Shown here piece after piece: positions 28,769 through 43,545 of a stretch of DNA of 64,000 bases (its first letter is position 1; the number at the start of each line of letters is the position of its first letter). Position numbers and translations under genes: made by a program. Below the pieces are notes generated by a model that worked only from the letters and a program-made list of their open reading frames with translations, was not told the origin of the DNA and did no database searches. The DNA is from Eledone cirrhosa (taxonomy: Eukaryota). The DNA is taken from assembly GCA_964016885.1 (NCBI GenBank), contig OZ024749.1:29326001-29390000 (forward strand), written 5' to 3'.

Positions 28769-29704
28769 TCTAAATCCATGCTAGCGTGGAAGATAGACAT
28801 TAAACGATGATGATGATGGTGATGATATATATATATAAATATATATATGCAAAAGGTAAACAGAAATAACAAAGCAAACGACACAGTACAATGAAGATAT
28901 ATATTATTAGTTTTATGCTTGATATAGTAGGAAAAGAGTCTTTTGGACCCTAATCTTTCATCAGAAGAAAGAATGAGAAATTAAAGAAGAAATAGAAAGA
29001 TTAAGGAGACGGGCAGGGTGGAAATGGGAAACATTTTTTAGAATAAAATAACAGGTCCATTCATGTTGTCATCTCTTGGAAAACTATTGATATATAAACA
29101 GTGTAAGTTATATATCAATAATATATTGTATAGACTGCGAAATATATGTCAATATATAGATAATGTATTATATGTATTAATATATATATATATATACCAA
29201 TATATATCAATATATATCAATATATATATATATATATCCATATATAGACTGTAATAATGTTATGTTTATTCAATAAATTTTAATTGCATTAATGCTTTTC
29301 ATAAACATCCTTTATATTATTCAATATACAACACGTACATACATGTGTATAATGCTATGTTGGAGCATCAATTCTAATTAGATACATAAACATGCCTTAT
29401 ATATATATGTCTGTATATATATATATATAGAGAGAGAGAGACATATATATATAAGGCATGTTTATGAAAAACATGTATATATTGTAACTGTATTGAAATG
29501 GAGATTGAGAAATAAAGGAAAGGATGGTCTTTTGTCATATTGAATATTAATGCTCTGCTACCTGAACTGTCGTCAACAACAAGAACTTTAATTGTCAATG
29601 ACTTAGTCATCTGTTTTAAACTCCTGATGAATCAAGGATTGTACTGTGCATAGAGCTTTTCTCACTTTACCAAAGATAATAGTGAAGTACTACCCTATAA
29701 TCAC

Positions 29705-29755
<51 letters not shown>

Positions 29756-29951
29756 ATAATAAATGTGAAGAGGATCCTGGTAAGGGTGAAAGCTGTGATT
29801 CTTTGCTAAAACTTTAATCTGTTCTTATTATATATATATATATGTGTGTGTGTGTTTGTGCGTGTGTGTGAATGCATATATATAATCATTTTACGCCTGT
29901 TTTTTCCTGCTTGCAAGGGTTGGACGGAGAGTTACAGAAATTGATACAACA

Positions 29952-29985
<34 letters not shown>

Positions 29986-30029
29986 ATATATTACCAAACA
30001 CTGTTCAATATATAATTTAATTTACATAT

Positions 30030-30990
30030 GTTCTATAGAAATAGTGGACAGCTTCCGTTACCTGGGCGATAAAATCAGCAGTGGGGGAGGGTGCTCTGAA
30101 AGTACTGTAGCTAGAGTCAGAACTGGTTGGAAAAAGTTCAGAGAGCTTATACCACTATTAGCTGCTAAAGGGTTCTCCCTAAAAATGAAAAGCAGGTTGT
30201 ACGATGCCTGCATACGAACAGCAATGTTGCATGGCAGTGAGACCTGGGCATTGTGTGCAGAGGATATACGCAGACTAGAGAGGAACGAAGCTTGCATGCT
30301 CCGCTGGATGTGTAACAGTAATATACGTGAACGGCAAAGCATAAACGAACTAAGAAAAAAATTAGAGATAAGAGGGATCAGATGTTGTTTACTCGAGAGA
30401 AGGCTACGTTGGTATGGACACGTGATGCGCATGAAAGTCGATAGCTGTATAACAAAGTGCAGGGCAATAAAGATAGACGGTAGCCACGGAATAGGCAGAC
30501 CTAGAAAAACCTGGGACGAGCTGATAAACTCCGACCTCACACACTTACACCTCTCCAAGACAATGTCACTGGACCGAGACCTTTGGCGGTACTCAGTAAC
30601 AGAGAAGACCCGCCTTGCCAGTAGGCATCTCTAACAAAATACACCCCGTCCCACCACCACCACCCCCACCCCATCCACACCACCCCGCCCTATGTAAAGT
30701 TATGTTGGTGCCGCGCCATCCGGGCCGAAACAAATGAGATCGTGTAGGTGTCACGACAAAAAAACACACAGTCCACGCTGTAATGTGGCCGTGTAGGCAA
30801 CACGGTAAAAACCTCCCAGACCCACACTGTAAATGTGGTTGGTGTTAGGAAGGGCATCCAACTGTAGAAAACCTGCCAGACAGTCCTATGCGAGCAAGAC
30901 AATCACTCTTGCCTCAAGTGGGACTACCCCCGTCCAAACCCATGCAAGCGTGGAACACGGACGTTAAACGTTGATGATGATGATGATGAT
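30030..30990 (+). mobile_element. RTE-clade LINE, 3' fragment
   Basis: ORF 30044-30634: FRYLG...YDACIRTAMLHGSETW...RRLRWYGHV.R...GRPRKTW; 3'UTR ends in (GAT)n. Confidence 0.9.
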
Positions 30991-31716
30991 GATGTTTCAT
31001 CCTAATAGGACTCATCTGAGTTAAATAAGACATTTTTATATATATATACCTCAACAGATTTATCTCATCATTAATTAACAGTGTTTGGCAATTGCTTTAA
31101 TGTAAAATTTGCTCTACCTGTGCATATTAGGAATTCATATATTTGAGAATGGTTTTCTTTTTTACATTTCTTTCAACATTTCTTTTCCTACTGCCACCCG
31201 AATTTGTTACCCGGAGATTTACCCATCTACATTATAGATGCTTCCACAATGACCATTATATATATAGAGGTGCTCACACGGAACTGCTTTTGGTTTTATT
31301 TCTACAGCTGGATGCCCTTTCTAATGCCAACCACATTTACAGTGTGTGTGTGTGTGTATGTATATATATATATAGGAATGAGTAGGACCCCGACGGCTGA
31401 GCTCAAGCCGTTTCGACGGCTAATTCTGCGTCCAGAATTAGCCGTCGAAACGGCTTGAGCTCAGCCGTCGGGGTCCTACTCGTTCCTATTACCCACTCTA
31501 CTACGCCACGTATTGAGTACTTTGGTGCGTTATGGTCCACCTGGTTCCTTACCACATTTCCTTCGTTATATATATATATATATATATATTTTAAAAAAGG
31601 AAAAGAATGACTTCATTTGTAGTTCTAAACAATTTGATTTAATTTTATAATATTATGATTTTACAATTTGGTTTTGTAGATCTTAGATCTTTGTTAACTT
31701 TGGGTGGGAAGATTTT

Positions 31717-31814
<98 letters not shown>

Positions 31815-32044
31815 ATCACGTGCAGTTTAGTGTAGCAATGTAGTGCACAGGTGAATGTGTTAGGATGACATTGTAAGGTGACAGTGAGGGTAGAGAGAGA
31901 AAGAGTGATATTGTAATGTGACAGAGTGAGAGAGAGAGAGAGAGAGAGACTTTGATGGCGAGTTATTTATACACAATGTGAAAGTAAGTCTTCAAAGGTT
32001 GTCAGAGAAGTAAACAACATGTGTATATTTATAGTTATTTATAG

Positions 32045-32077
<33 letters not shown>

Positions 32078-32114
32078 TAGATAGATACACACACATACAT
32101 ACATATATATGTGC

Positions 32115-32181
<67 letters not shown>

Positions 32182-32211
32182 TGTATATATGTATATGTAT
32201 ATATATCACAC

Positions 32212-32254
<43 letters not shown>

Positions 32255-32639
32255 CATACCATACGTACATGTGTGTGTATATTTATAGATATATGTGTGT
32301 ACACACATACCAATCCATGATATGTGTGTATGCATGTGCACATACCATACACTTATGACAGTGTTAAACTTTAGCTATATATGTTTACATGTATGTGTAT
32401 ATGTACAGTATATATACAGCAAAACATAAGCATTCATATAAATAATACTAATGTCTTTTTCATACTGTACATTATATAAACATACATATATCATCATCAT
32501 CATTAGCATCATAATCACCCTTTAACGTTCATTTTTCCATACTAGTATGTGTTAGACGAGTTGTCTTGTGAGAAATGCTGGGTCAGGTGACCATGTCTTG
32601 CTCACCCAGAACTGATTTTGGCTTGCTTTCTACAGCTGG

Positions 32640-32990
32640 ATCATCATCATCATCATTCATCATCATTTCATTTTACGTCCGCTTTTCCCTGCTTGCAAGG
32701 GTGGGACGGGAACTGATTCTGGCTTGATTTCTACAGCTGGATGCCCTTCCTAACACCAACCTCATTTACAGTGAGTGCTGGGTGCTTTTTTGCCGTGGCA
32801 CCTCCACGACCACTTTGCAGTGGAATGATAGGGACCCCAGTCTCTATTATCTGATTTCTACAGCTGAGTAAACTGGAGCAATGTGAAATAAAGTGTCTTG
32901 CTCAAGGAAACAACACATCACCCGGTCTGAGAATTGAACTCACAACCTTTCGATTGCAAGGCCAATGCTCTAACCACTAAGCCATGTGCC
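32640..32990 (-). mobile_element. tRNA-derived SINE, inverted partner of 33215-33560
   Basis: Near-identical reverse complement of the 33215 copy. Confidence 0.88.
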
Positions 32991-33169
32991 CTTTCTAATG
33001 CCAAACACATTTACAGTGTGTACTGAGTGCTTTTTGTCGTGTTGTCAGCATAACCACTTTACAGTGTGGGCTGGGGGCTTTGGTGGGAGAGGTGTGTGGG
33101 TATTGGAAACCTGGATATAATTGAGGAGCAGAGTGTTAGGATATGGGAGGTTATGGAAGCGGGTGGGTA

Positions 33170-33209
<40 letters not shown>

Positions 33210-33214
33210 CATAT

Positions 33215-33560
33215 GGAGGCACATGGCTTAGTGGTTAGAGCATTGGCCTTGCAATCGAAAGGTTGTGAGTTCAATTCTCAGACCGGGTGATGTGTTGTTT
33301 CCTTGAGCAAGACACTTTATTTCACATTGCTCCAGTTTACTCAGCTGTAGAAATGAGATAGTAGGGACTGGGGTCCCTATCATTCCACTGTAAAGTGGTC
33401 GTGGAGGTGCCACGGCAAAAAAGCACCCAGCACTCACTGTAAATGAGGTTGGTGTTAGGAAGGGCATCCAGCTGTAGAAATCAAGCCAGAATCAGTTCCC
33501 GTCCCACCCTTGCAAGCAGGGAAAAGTGGACGTAAAATGAAATGATGATGATGAATGATG
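33215..33560 (+). mobile_element. tRNA-derived SINE with RTE-like 3' tail (also 36328-36675 +, 32640-32990 -, fragments at 10157-10267, 34038-34170, 45243-45332)
   Basis: A box TGGCTTAGTGG, B box GAGTTCAATTC, central CCTTGAGCAAGACACTTT domain, and tail GTTAGGAAGGGCATCCAGCTGTAGAAA...GGACGTAAAA(TGA)n shared with the RTE 3'UTR. Confidence 0.88.
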
Positions 33561-33658
33561 ATATATGTACATATGAGCAAGTGTCTTTTACTATGGCCTT
33601 AGGTTGACCAATGCCTTTTGAATGAATCTGGTAATTGGAGACTGTGTGGAAGTCTATC

Positions 33659-33695
<37 letters not shown>

Positions 33696-35233
33696 CACAT
33701 ATATATATATACAATCACAAACACGCACATATATGTGTGTATGTGTATGTGTGTGTGTGTGTGTGTGTATGCTTGAAAGTGTATGTACCATCATCATCCC
33801 CATCACCACATTTTTAACATATCTACCGGTGCAGCAGTCTTCTCTACTGCACACTGCACACAGCACACTGCACACAGCATTCCTCTTATATGCAGTTATA
33901 CTTACAGCGACTCTTGTGCTCAGTCATCCATGAACATTACACATCCAATGGAGCATGCTTGTTTCATCTCTTTCCAGTCACTGAACAATCTCCATATCCA
34001 GAGTCTGTATTTACTCTGTTACCATGCAATATTACTGGAAGTGCGTGGCCTAGTGGTAAAGGTGTTAGACTTTTGATCATATTGTCGTGGGTTCTGTTCC
34101 TGGATTGGGTTTTGCGTTGTGTTCTTGAGCAAAGCACTACATTTCACATTGTTCCAGTATACTCAGCTGAAAATGACTACCAGTAATAGCTGAGGGTTTA
34201 ACTCTGCAATGGACTGGCATTCTGTCCAGTGGGTGGGCATCTTGTACTCTCAGTCATTTAACTCCATGGAAACTGGGATAAGTACACACATGCACACACA
34301 CACACACACACACATACACACACACACCACACATACACACACATGTAAACACACACGCACACCACACACACACACACACAAACAGAAACACACACACAAA
34401 CACACACATATAACTGAGATATACATACACATACACGCAAACACATAAAAACACATATACAGACACATATACAGTTATATATATACACAGATTCCACATG
34501 GTACATACACAGAAATACATACATAAGCAAGATTGTTGTATCAAATTGCAGTGTGCAGTCACATGCACATGGCTATCAACAGATGCGGTGCAACATAGAC
34601 TGTAATATGAGAAGAGAAAGTAGCAAGGATGTTCTGAGAGGGGAGTGGTAAGAGTAGGTAATATTATAGGAATAAGCAATAACAACAACAACATCAATAA
34701 ACGTCTAATTGTAAGTGTGTAGTACTACAATGGCAGTATAGTTTGCTGTGCTGTGTCAAGAGCCACAGTCCACCTAGCTGTAAGTAGGTACCAAAGTGTG
34801 ATATAGTTCACTGTACTGTGTCAACAGCCACAGTCGACCTAGCTGTAAGTAGGTACCAAAGTGTGATATAGTTCACCGTACTGTGTCAACAGTCCAGTCT
34901 ATCTAGCTGTAAGTAGGTACAACAACCAGCCAACCAATGAGCCAACACACAAACCAACCAGCCAACCAATGAGCCAACACACAAACCAACCAGCCAACCC
35001 TAATCCCCACCCAGTCCACCAACCCACCAGCCAGCCCACCACATCAACCCACCACACCAACCAGCCAGCCTGCCCCACTCAGTGCACCAACCAACCTACA
35101 AACACACCCAACCCAGTCCACCCCCAGTCACCCCACCCCTTCAGTGCACCAACTCATCAACCAACCCACCACATCAAGCCCCCTCAGTCCACCAGTCCAC
35201 CAACCCTATAGACAAATAAATGTATCAACTTAC

Positions 35234-35404
35234 GTCTGGCTTCCACACTTTTCAGTAACATCCCTTCCAAGAATGTGTTGTGCCTCATGTTACCTTTTGC
35301 TATTTGTCGCCATTCCTTCCTGAATTCATTCACCCCAACCACAGCAAAGTCCCCTTCAAACAGGTGGAAGTTGGCCAGGGTTGGTTGTTCGCTGGCCATG
35401 TTCC
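35234..35404 (-). CDS. Coding exon 2 of a DUF7153-like gene (NMASEQPTLANFHLFEGDF...EGMLLKSVEAR)
   Basis: Acceptor tcttttcttgtctgtttgttatttAG, 171 nt open frame of non-repetitive sequence, donor C|GTAAGT, phase 1 at both ends. Confidence 0.85.
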
Positions 35405-35725
35405 CTAAATAACAAACAGACAAGAAAAGAGGAAATGATATTAGAAAGTTTAGAAGAGAAGCATAAAAAAATTGTCAGGTTTTTTTTTAGCAAGGTCAGG
35501 CTTTCACCTGTAAAGGCCCTAAGCTATGAATGTAAGCTGAGAAGTTCATAGGCTTACTAGAATATGAAGGAGTGATGCTGCAGATGTGCAATCTTGCATG
35601 TATGTACAGGCATTGCATGTTCAGGATCTGTTACAGGTTCGTGTGGCTGGCTATAGCCTAAAAGTGCACCATTTTCTGTAATCTGACAAACGATTTCAAT
35701 CATCTTAGCAGAGTTTGCAACCATC

Positions 35726-35785
<60 letters not shown>

Positions 35786-36637
35786 AACATGGGGAGAAGA
35801 ATACTGCATGGTTGCACATGGATTACATATTATAAAATTAGTCCCTCATCAGTGATTTGCCAACCATCATTGGTATTTGATCGCATTATATATATATATA
35901 TATATAAACATTTTTTCATGCTCAGATTTGCTGAAGCATGGAACAAACTAACTCTGCTGCATTGGTTATTAACTGTCGAGACACAGCGCCCTTCAAAACT
36001 TCCATGCTTTTCCCTCCATACACACACACACATGTATCTGTGTGTATAACATGACTCACACACTCTTCACATTCCTGACATTTGTACATTATCCTATGTA
36101 CTATACATGATCCTTTGATGAGTTGTAGTGCACACAAGCATTGTACACAATCATTTTCATTATTATTATTATATTTGCCTTTACGATCTGAGTTCAAATC
36201 CCACCGAGGTTAACTTTGTCTTTCATCCTTATGGGGTCGATAAAATAAAGTACCAGTAATACACTGGGATAATTGCTGGCCTTATGCCAAAAGTAGAAAC
36301 AATTATTATTATTATATATATGTATAAGGCTAGTGGTTAGAGCATTGGCCTTGCAATCGAAAGGTTGTGAGTTCAATTCTCAGACCAGGTGATGTGTTGT
36401 TTCCTTGATCAAGACACTTTATTTCACATTGCTCCAGTTTACTCAGCTGTAGAAATGAGATGATAGGACTGGGGTCCCTATCATTCCACTGCAAAGTGGT
36501 CGTGGAGGTGCCACAGCAGAAAAGCACCCAGCACTCACTGTAAATGAGGTTGGGGTTAGGAAGGGCATCCAGCTGTAGAAATCAAGCCAGAATCAGTTCC
36601 CGTCCCACCCTTGCAAGCAGGGAAAAGCGGACGTAAA

Positions 36638-36677
<40 letters not shown>

Positions 36678-36994
36678 AGAATAAGTGGTTTTCAAATATG
36701 AAAACAGATTATGGTAAGTGAAGGAGTTATAACATCTCAAAATATGAGATTTATTACAGTAAACTAGATAGAAGGTTAGATACAAGACTTAATTGTAAGA
36801 ACTTGTTTTATATATGAAATGATTTGTAAAGGTAATAATATTTCTTATATGTTTTATTAATTCTGATGAATCCAATTATTGGATTATATCATTAATTAAC
36901 TAATGGTTAATTATATATCCTGTAAGATGGAAGAAACGTGTATTAATTAAAATATGTTATAATTAACAGTATTTGGTTTTATTTTCAATGTTAT

Positions 36995-37028
<34 letters not shown>

Positions 37029-37224
37029 GAGGGTCGACTGAAAAGTTCATAGGCTGATTATGAAGGCGTGAAGCTAGAGCTGTGAAATCTTCTTGCATAT
37101 TGATAGCTCTTCTTATTAATAACTGCATTGTTTCTTTCCTGGGACTACGTTGAAAACTAAACCTCATTTGGTCATTCCGTGAGAGTATCTTGGTCAGCCT
37201 ATGATCTTTTCAGCCGAAACATCG
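37029..37224. mobile_element. Mariner-type MITE (decayed relative at about 35526-35726)
   Basis: TGAGGGTCGACTGAAAAGTTCATAGGCTGA ... TCAGCCTATGATCTTTTCAGCCG imperfect TIRs, flanked by TA. Confidence 0.65.
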
Positions 37225-37555
37225 TATATGAAATTTGTGTCCCTTCTCTAAGGAAATTTGAATAAAAAATTGTATATTAATTATACATAATTATTTTTTA
37301 TATTAATGTTAATGATAAAGAATAAATAATTGTTTCTATTTTAGGCACAAGGCCAGCAATTATCCAGTACATTACTGGTACTTTATTTTATCGACCCCGT
37401 AAGGATGAAAGGCAAAGTTAACCTCGGCAGGATTTGAACTCAGATCGTAAAGGGACGTAACTATTCTGGAAAGCATGGCGTCCGACCCTCCACCGATACT
37501 GCCAATTCACCGCCCTTAAAGAATAAATAATATATGTGTATATATATATATTTCT

Positions 37556-37596
<41 letters not shown>

Positions 37597-37736
37597 AATA
37601 TATAAAATATATATAACATGTAGATTGGAACTGATACCTTGTCAACACCCACACATATACACTCTTTCTTCTTAAATTAAACTAACTAATTAAACTAACT
37701 ACATCAATTTAATTAGACCAAGTTTGCTGGTAGCCA

Positions 37737-37770
<34 letters not shown>

Positions 37771-37774
37771 CGTT

Positions 37775-37810
<36 letters not shown>

Positions 37811-38162
37811 AACGTTTGAATTTGTAAAGCCAAACTATGCAGGTATGGACATAGAATAAAAATACAAATGCAAAAGATATTGTTGACAATTAGTCTTTTA
37901 CCTTAGGTTTATTTAAATGTCCTTAATTTTCGAGATAATATCTCTTCTTCGGAGGGAGGTAAAGTGGTTAAACCAGTGTTTAAACACTGGTTTAACCGCT
38001 TTACTTTAAGGACATTTAAATAAATCTAAGGTAAAAGACTAATTGTCAACAATATCTTTTGCATTTGTATTTTTATTTTTGTCTATACCTGCATTGTTTG
38101 GCTTTACAAATTCAAACGTTTATACCTCATTACACAATGCTTCAAGTGAAATATAACTTCCT

Positions 38163-38165
<3 letters not shown>
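37811..38165. mobile_element. Asymmetric hairpin element in (TA)n
   Basis: 37811-37925 is inverted relative to about 38006-38121, with an additional central palindrome at 37959-38005. Confidence 0.75.
37920..37956 (-). ncRNA. Minimal hammerhead-like fold with CCGAAGA (U4C) core
   Basis: CCT-CCGAAGA-A GAGAT ATT ATCTC-GAAA-AT-TA-AGG; lies inside the 37811-38121 hairpin element. Confidence 0.55.
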
Positions 38166-38204
<39 letters not shown>

Positions 38205-38207
38205 TAC

Positions 38208-38282
<75 letters not shown>

Positions 38283-38285
38283 TAC

Positions 38286-38364
<79 letters not shown>

Positions 38365-38454
38365 AAAATGGAATGGGAACAAAACAGAGAGGCAGTACAA
38401 ACAAAAGGTTTATTAGTTTCACGCTCTTGAGAGTGGGGGATATATATATATAAG

Positions 38455-38639
38455 TTTATCCAGGGTTCAATCGGGGGTAACCACAGTAAGTAAGGTACTC
38501 AATACAAAGCAGAGTATATATATTTAATATAGAAAAGCTTCTAGAGGACTAGAACTGTTTCATTCGTGATAAATTATCAGGAGCTTCCTGATGATTTCTC
38601 ACGAATGTAACAGTTCTAGTCCTGTAGAAGCTTTTCTAT

Positions 38640-38640
<1 letters not shown>
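38455..38640. mobile_element. Hairpin element of the 'CAGTTCTAGTCCTGTAG' family (also 40861-40966, 43709-43773, 53957-54195, 59696-59838, 60479-60674)
   Basis: Shared hammerhead and tail TATTGAGTACCTTACTTACTGTGGTTACC; inverted arms; (TA)n flanks in most copies. Confidence 0.8.
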
Positions 38641-38697
<57 letters not shown>

Positions 38698-38699
<2 letters not shown>

Positions 38700-39244
38700 T
38701 CATCATCATCATCATCAACGTTTAACGTCCGTGTTCCACGCTTGCATGGGTTTGGACGGGGGTAGTCCCACTTGAGGCAAGAGTGATTGTCTTGCTCGCA
38801 TAGGACTGTCTGGCAGGTTTTCTACAGTTGGATGCCCTTCCTAACACCAACCACATTTACAGTGTGGGTCTGGGAGGTTTTTACCGTGTTGCCTACATGG
38901 CCACATTACAGCGTGGACTGTGTGTTTTTTTGTCGTGACACCTACACGATCTCATTTGTTTCGGCCCGGATGGCGCGGCACCAACATAACTTTACATAGG
39001 ACGGGGTGGTGTGGATGGGGTGGGGGTGGTGGTGGTGGGACGGGGTGTATTTTGTTAGAGATGCCTACTGGCAAGGCGGGTCTTCTCTGTTACTGAGTAC
39101 CGCCAAAGGTCTCGGTCCAGTGACATTGTCTTGGAGAGGTGTAAGTGTGTGAGGTCGGAGTTTATCAGCTCGTCCCAGGTTTTTCTAGGTCTGCCTATTC
39201 CGTGGCTACCGTCTATCTTTATTGCCCTGCACTTTGTTATACAG

Positions 39245-39247
<3 letters not shown>
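38698..39247 (-). mobile_element. RTE LINE short 3' fragment
   Basis: Reverse complement of 30442-30985. Confidence 0.88.
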
Positions 39248-39276
<29 letters not shown>

Positions 39277-39524
39277 TGAAGACCTGACTTCCCACAGGTC
39301 CAAGCCGTAGCTGAAACATATAGACAGTATGAACAAGACATTGTCACCTGATCTGGCATTGCCCACAACAGGACGACCCGTCTAACCCATGCTAGCGTGA
39401 AAGAATGGACGTAAAACGGTGATGATGATGAGGATGATATATATATATATATATATATTTCATTTCATCATTTTATTTTCCATCCACTTTTCCCTGCTTG
39501 CAATATATATATATATATATATAT

Positions 39525-40583
39525 CATCATCATCATCATCATCATCATCGTTTAACGTCCATCTTCCACGCTTGCATGGGTTTGGACGGGAGTTTTCCCA
39601 CTTGAGGCAAGAGTGGTTGTCTTGCTCGCATAGGACTGTCTGGCGGGTTTTCTACGGCTGGATGCCCTTCCTAACACCAACCACATTTACAGTGTGGGAC
39701 TGGGAGGTTTTTACCGTGTTACCTACACGGCCACATTACAGCGTGGACTGTGTTTTTTTTTGTCGTGACACCTACACGACCTCATTTGTTTCGGACTGGA
39801 TGTTGTGGTACCAACATAACTTTACATTGAAAGGGGTGGTGTGGATGGGATGGGGGTAGTGGGATGGGGTGTATTTTTGTTAGAGGTGCCTACTGACTGT
39901 AGTAGGTTTCACTTTGTACTTAGGTAAGGCGGGTCTTCTGTATTACTGTGTAGCGCCAAAGATCTCGGTCCAGTGATATTGTCTTGGAGAGGTGTAAATG
40001 AGTGAGGTCGGAATTTATCAAGTCGTCCCAGGTTTTTCTGGGTCTGCCTACTCCGTGGCTACCGTCTATTTTTATTGCCCTGCACTTTTTTATAGAGCTG
40101 TTGTCTTTCATGCGCATCACGTGACCGTACCATCGTAGTCTTCTCTCGAGTAAACAACATCTGATCCCTCTTATTCCTAATTTTTCCATTAGTTCGTTTA
40201 TGCTTTGCCGTTCACGTATATGACTATTAGACATCCAGCGGAGCATGCAAGCTTCGTTCCTCTCCAGTCTGCGTATATCCTCTGCACACAATGCCCAGCT
40301 CTCACTGCCATGTAACATTGCTGTTCGTATGCATGCATCATACAGCCTGCCTTTCATTTTTAGAGAGAACCCTTTAGCAGCTAATAGTGGTATAAGCTCT
40401 CTGAACTTTTTCCATCCAGTTCTGACTCTAGCTACTGTACTTTCAGAGCACCCTCCACCACTGCTGATTTTGTCACCCAAGCAACGGAAGGTGTCCACTA
40501 TTTCTATAGAACCATCTGTGCAATGGAATGAGCTAATATTCTGTGGGCATTTGCTGCTACTTATTGCACCAGAGCACCGGCCA
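39525..40583 (-). mobile_element. RTE-clade LINE, 3' fragment (sister subfamily)
   Basis: ORF 39920-40498 is highly similar to 30044-30634, with the same 3'UTR and (GAT)n tail. Confidence 0.9.
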
Positions 40584-41158
40584 TATTATATATATATATA
40601 TATAAGCTTTGATGATTTAGTGTTAAAGAATAGAAACTAATGAAAACATCTAAATATATATTTAAAAATGAAGGACCCAAGAGTGTGTAGCCCTAAGTTG
40701 TAGCTTATTTAGTTTATAGGTATGTCCAGAACTGACTACACTGAGACCCCCACCCCGAGGGTGTGTGACCCTAAACTAGAGCTTATTTAGCTTATAGATA
40801 TATCAGGAAGTGACCACAGTTAATAAAGGGAATCAGTATGTTAGTAGAGTATAGACATATTTATTTTATTATAGAAATCACTTCTACAGGATTAGAACAG
40901 TTTCCTGGTGATTTCTTATGAATGAAACAGTTCTAGTCCTGTAGATGTCATTTCTATAATAAAATAATTGTTTCTACTTTTGGCACAAGACCAGCAATTA
41001 CCCACTACATTACTGGTACTTTATTTTATCGACCCCGTAAGGATGAAAGGCAAAGTTAACCTCGGCGGGATCTGAACTCAGAACGGCAAGGGCCGTAACT
41101 CTATGCGTCAAAGCATGGCGTCTGACCCTCTACCGATACTGCCAATCCCAAAATAATA

Positions 41159-41204
<46 letters not shown>

Positions 41205-41809
41205 GTTTCTCCTCTGTGATTCTGTCTTTATTTTCTACTCTTGAGACCGACACGTCGAACTTTCTGTCCCCTTTTCCGTATAAAGTGTGAAACTAATAAG
41301 ACTTTTTGTACCTCTCTCTGTTGTCTCCTTGAACTATAAATATATATATGTGTGTGTATGTATGTATGTATGTATGTATGTATGTGTATGTGTGTGTATA
41401 AGAAATCGTCTGCGTTGAAGTCTCGAGCGAGTTGCAGTAAGAGATAAAAGTGTGGTGGAAGAGGGAGGTATCACGTGATTTAATGAAAGACAGCAGACGA
41501 CAGAAGTACTATCAATTACTATCATATTTTTTATTCAAAATAACTTCACATGATAAGAAAATTTAATACTTAATTCTGCCACTCTCCCCCCACACTCTCT
41601 CCCCACACGCACCCTCTCTCTTTTTCTCTCTCTCGTTTTTTTTTTTTGTTTTTTTTACTTTACTTGGACTACCTTTTATTTCCTGTATCTATCCTTTGTG
41701 ATCCTGTCTCTATTTTTGTACTCCCGAAGAAAGATTAAAGCCCGACACGTCGAACTTTCTTTCACCTTTTTCATATAAAGACTTTGTACCTCTGTTTGTT
41801 GTTTCTTTG

Positions 41810-42013
<204 letters not shown>

Positions 42014-42164
42014 GTGTGTATAATGGTACCTATGGTGCTTCCATATATACAATGATATTAAATGGAAACTATATTTATAAAATATATCCCTTTTGCTTAT
42101 ATATATATATAAATATATATATACAATATATTAACAAATGGAAACTATATTTATAAAACCTATT

Positions 42165-42230
42165 TATTTCATTATACATATTTCAAGGGCCACCAAGGCA
42201 GATTATGGTGCGCTTTCATCAGATAAAATA
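42165..42230 (-). ncRNA. Type I hammerhead ribozyme
   Basis: TATTTTAT-CTGATGA-AAGCGCACCA...TGGTGGCCCTT-GAAA-TATGTA-TA-ATGAAATA. Confidence 0.7.
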
Positions 42231-42361
42231 TAATATAGATTAGTTTTATAAATAAATATTGACATACCCTGAAAAAATGCAACCTTCACGGTTGGAGTCT
42301 CCTGCTTTATATCAGTTATAAACATATTTTGCTTGTATCCCAACAAATTAAATATAACCTC

Positions 42362-42412
<51 letters not shown>

Positions 42413-42467
42413 ACTGCCTGAAGAGGTCACAGCCAAAGATGGCTGTCACTGAAATATATATAGCAGT
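42413..42467 (+). ncRNA. Type I hammerhead ribozyme
   Basis: ACTGC-CTGAAGA-GGT(C)ACAGCCA AAGA TGGCTGT(C)ACT-GAAA-TATATA-TA-GCAGT. Confidence 0.85.
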
Positions 42468-42507
42468 AATAAACGAAGCTAAATTTTAATCATTTGACTT
42501 TTATTTA

Positions 42508-42557
<50 letters not shown>

Positions 42558-42721
42558 CACACATATACATATATATGTATATAAACATAATTGTTTCTAC
42601 TTTTGGCACAAGGCCAGCAAATACCCAGTGCATTACTGGTACTTTATTTTATCGAGCCCGTAAGGATGAAAGGCAAAGTTAACCTCGGCGGGATTTGAAC
42701 TCAGAATGGCAAGGGCCAAAC

Positions 42722-43343
<622 letters not shown>

Positions 43344-43453
43344 ATATATATATATATATATACATATATATATTCGTACTGCCTCTCTGTTTTGTTACTG
43401 TTCCATTTTTCACTATATATATATATATATAAATAAATAAACACACACACACA

Positions 43454-43545
<92 letters not shown>

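Noticed and set aside
29622-29658. Hammerhead relic CTC-CTGATGA-ATC AAG GAT...TA-GAG
   Set aside because: The GAAA core strand is missing, so it cannot be supported as a ribozyme.
33215-33290. tRNA gene
   Set aside because: A and B boxes are present, but the sequence continues into a SINE body and tail and is multicopy. It is a SINE head.
41721-41756. Hammerhead-like CCGAAGA...GACA-CG-TC (GACACGTCGAAC also at about 23677 and 41249)
   Set aside because: Stem II does not pair and GAAA is replaced by GACA. Too degenerate to call without a family consensus.
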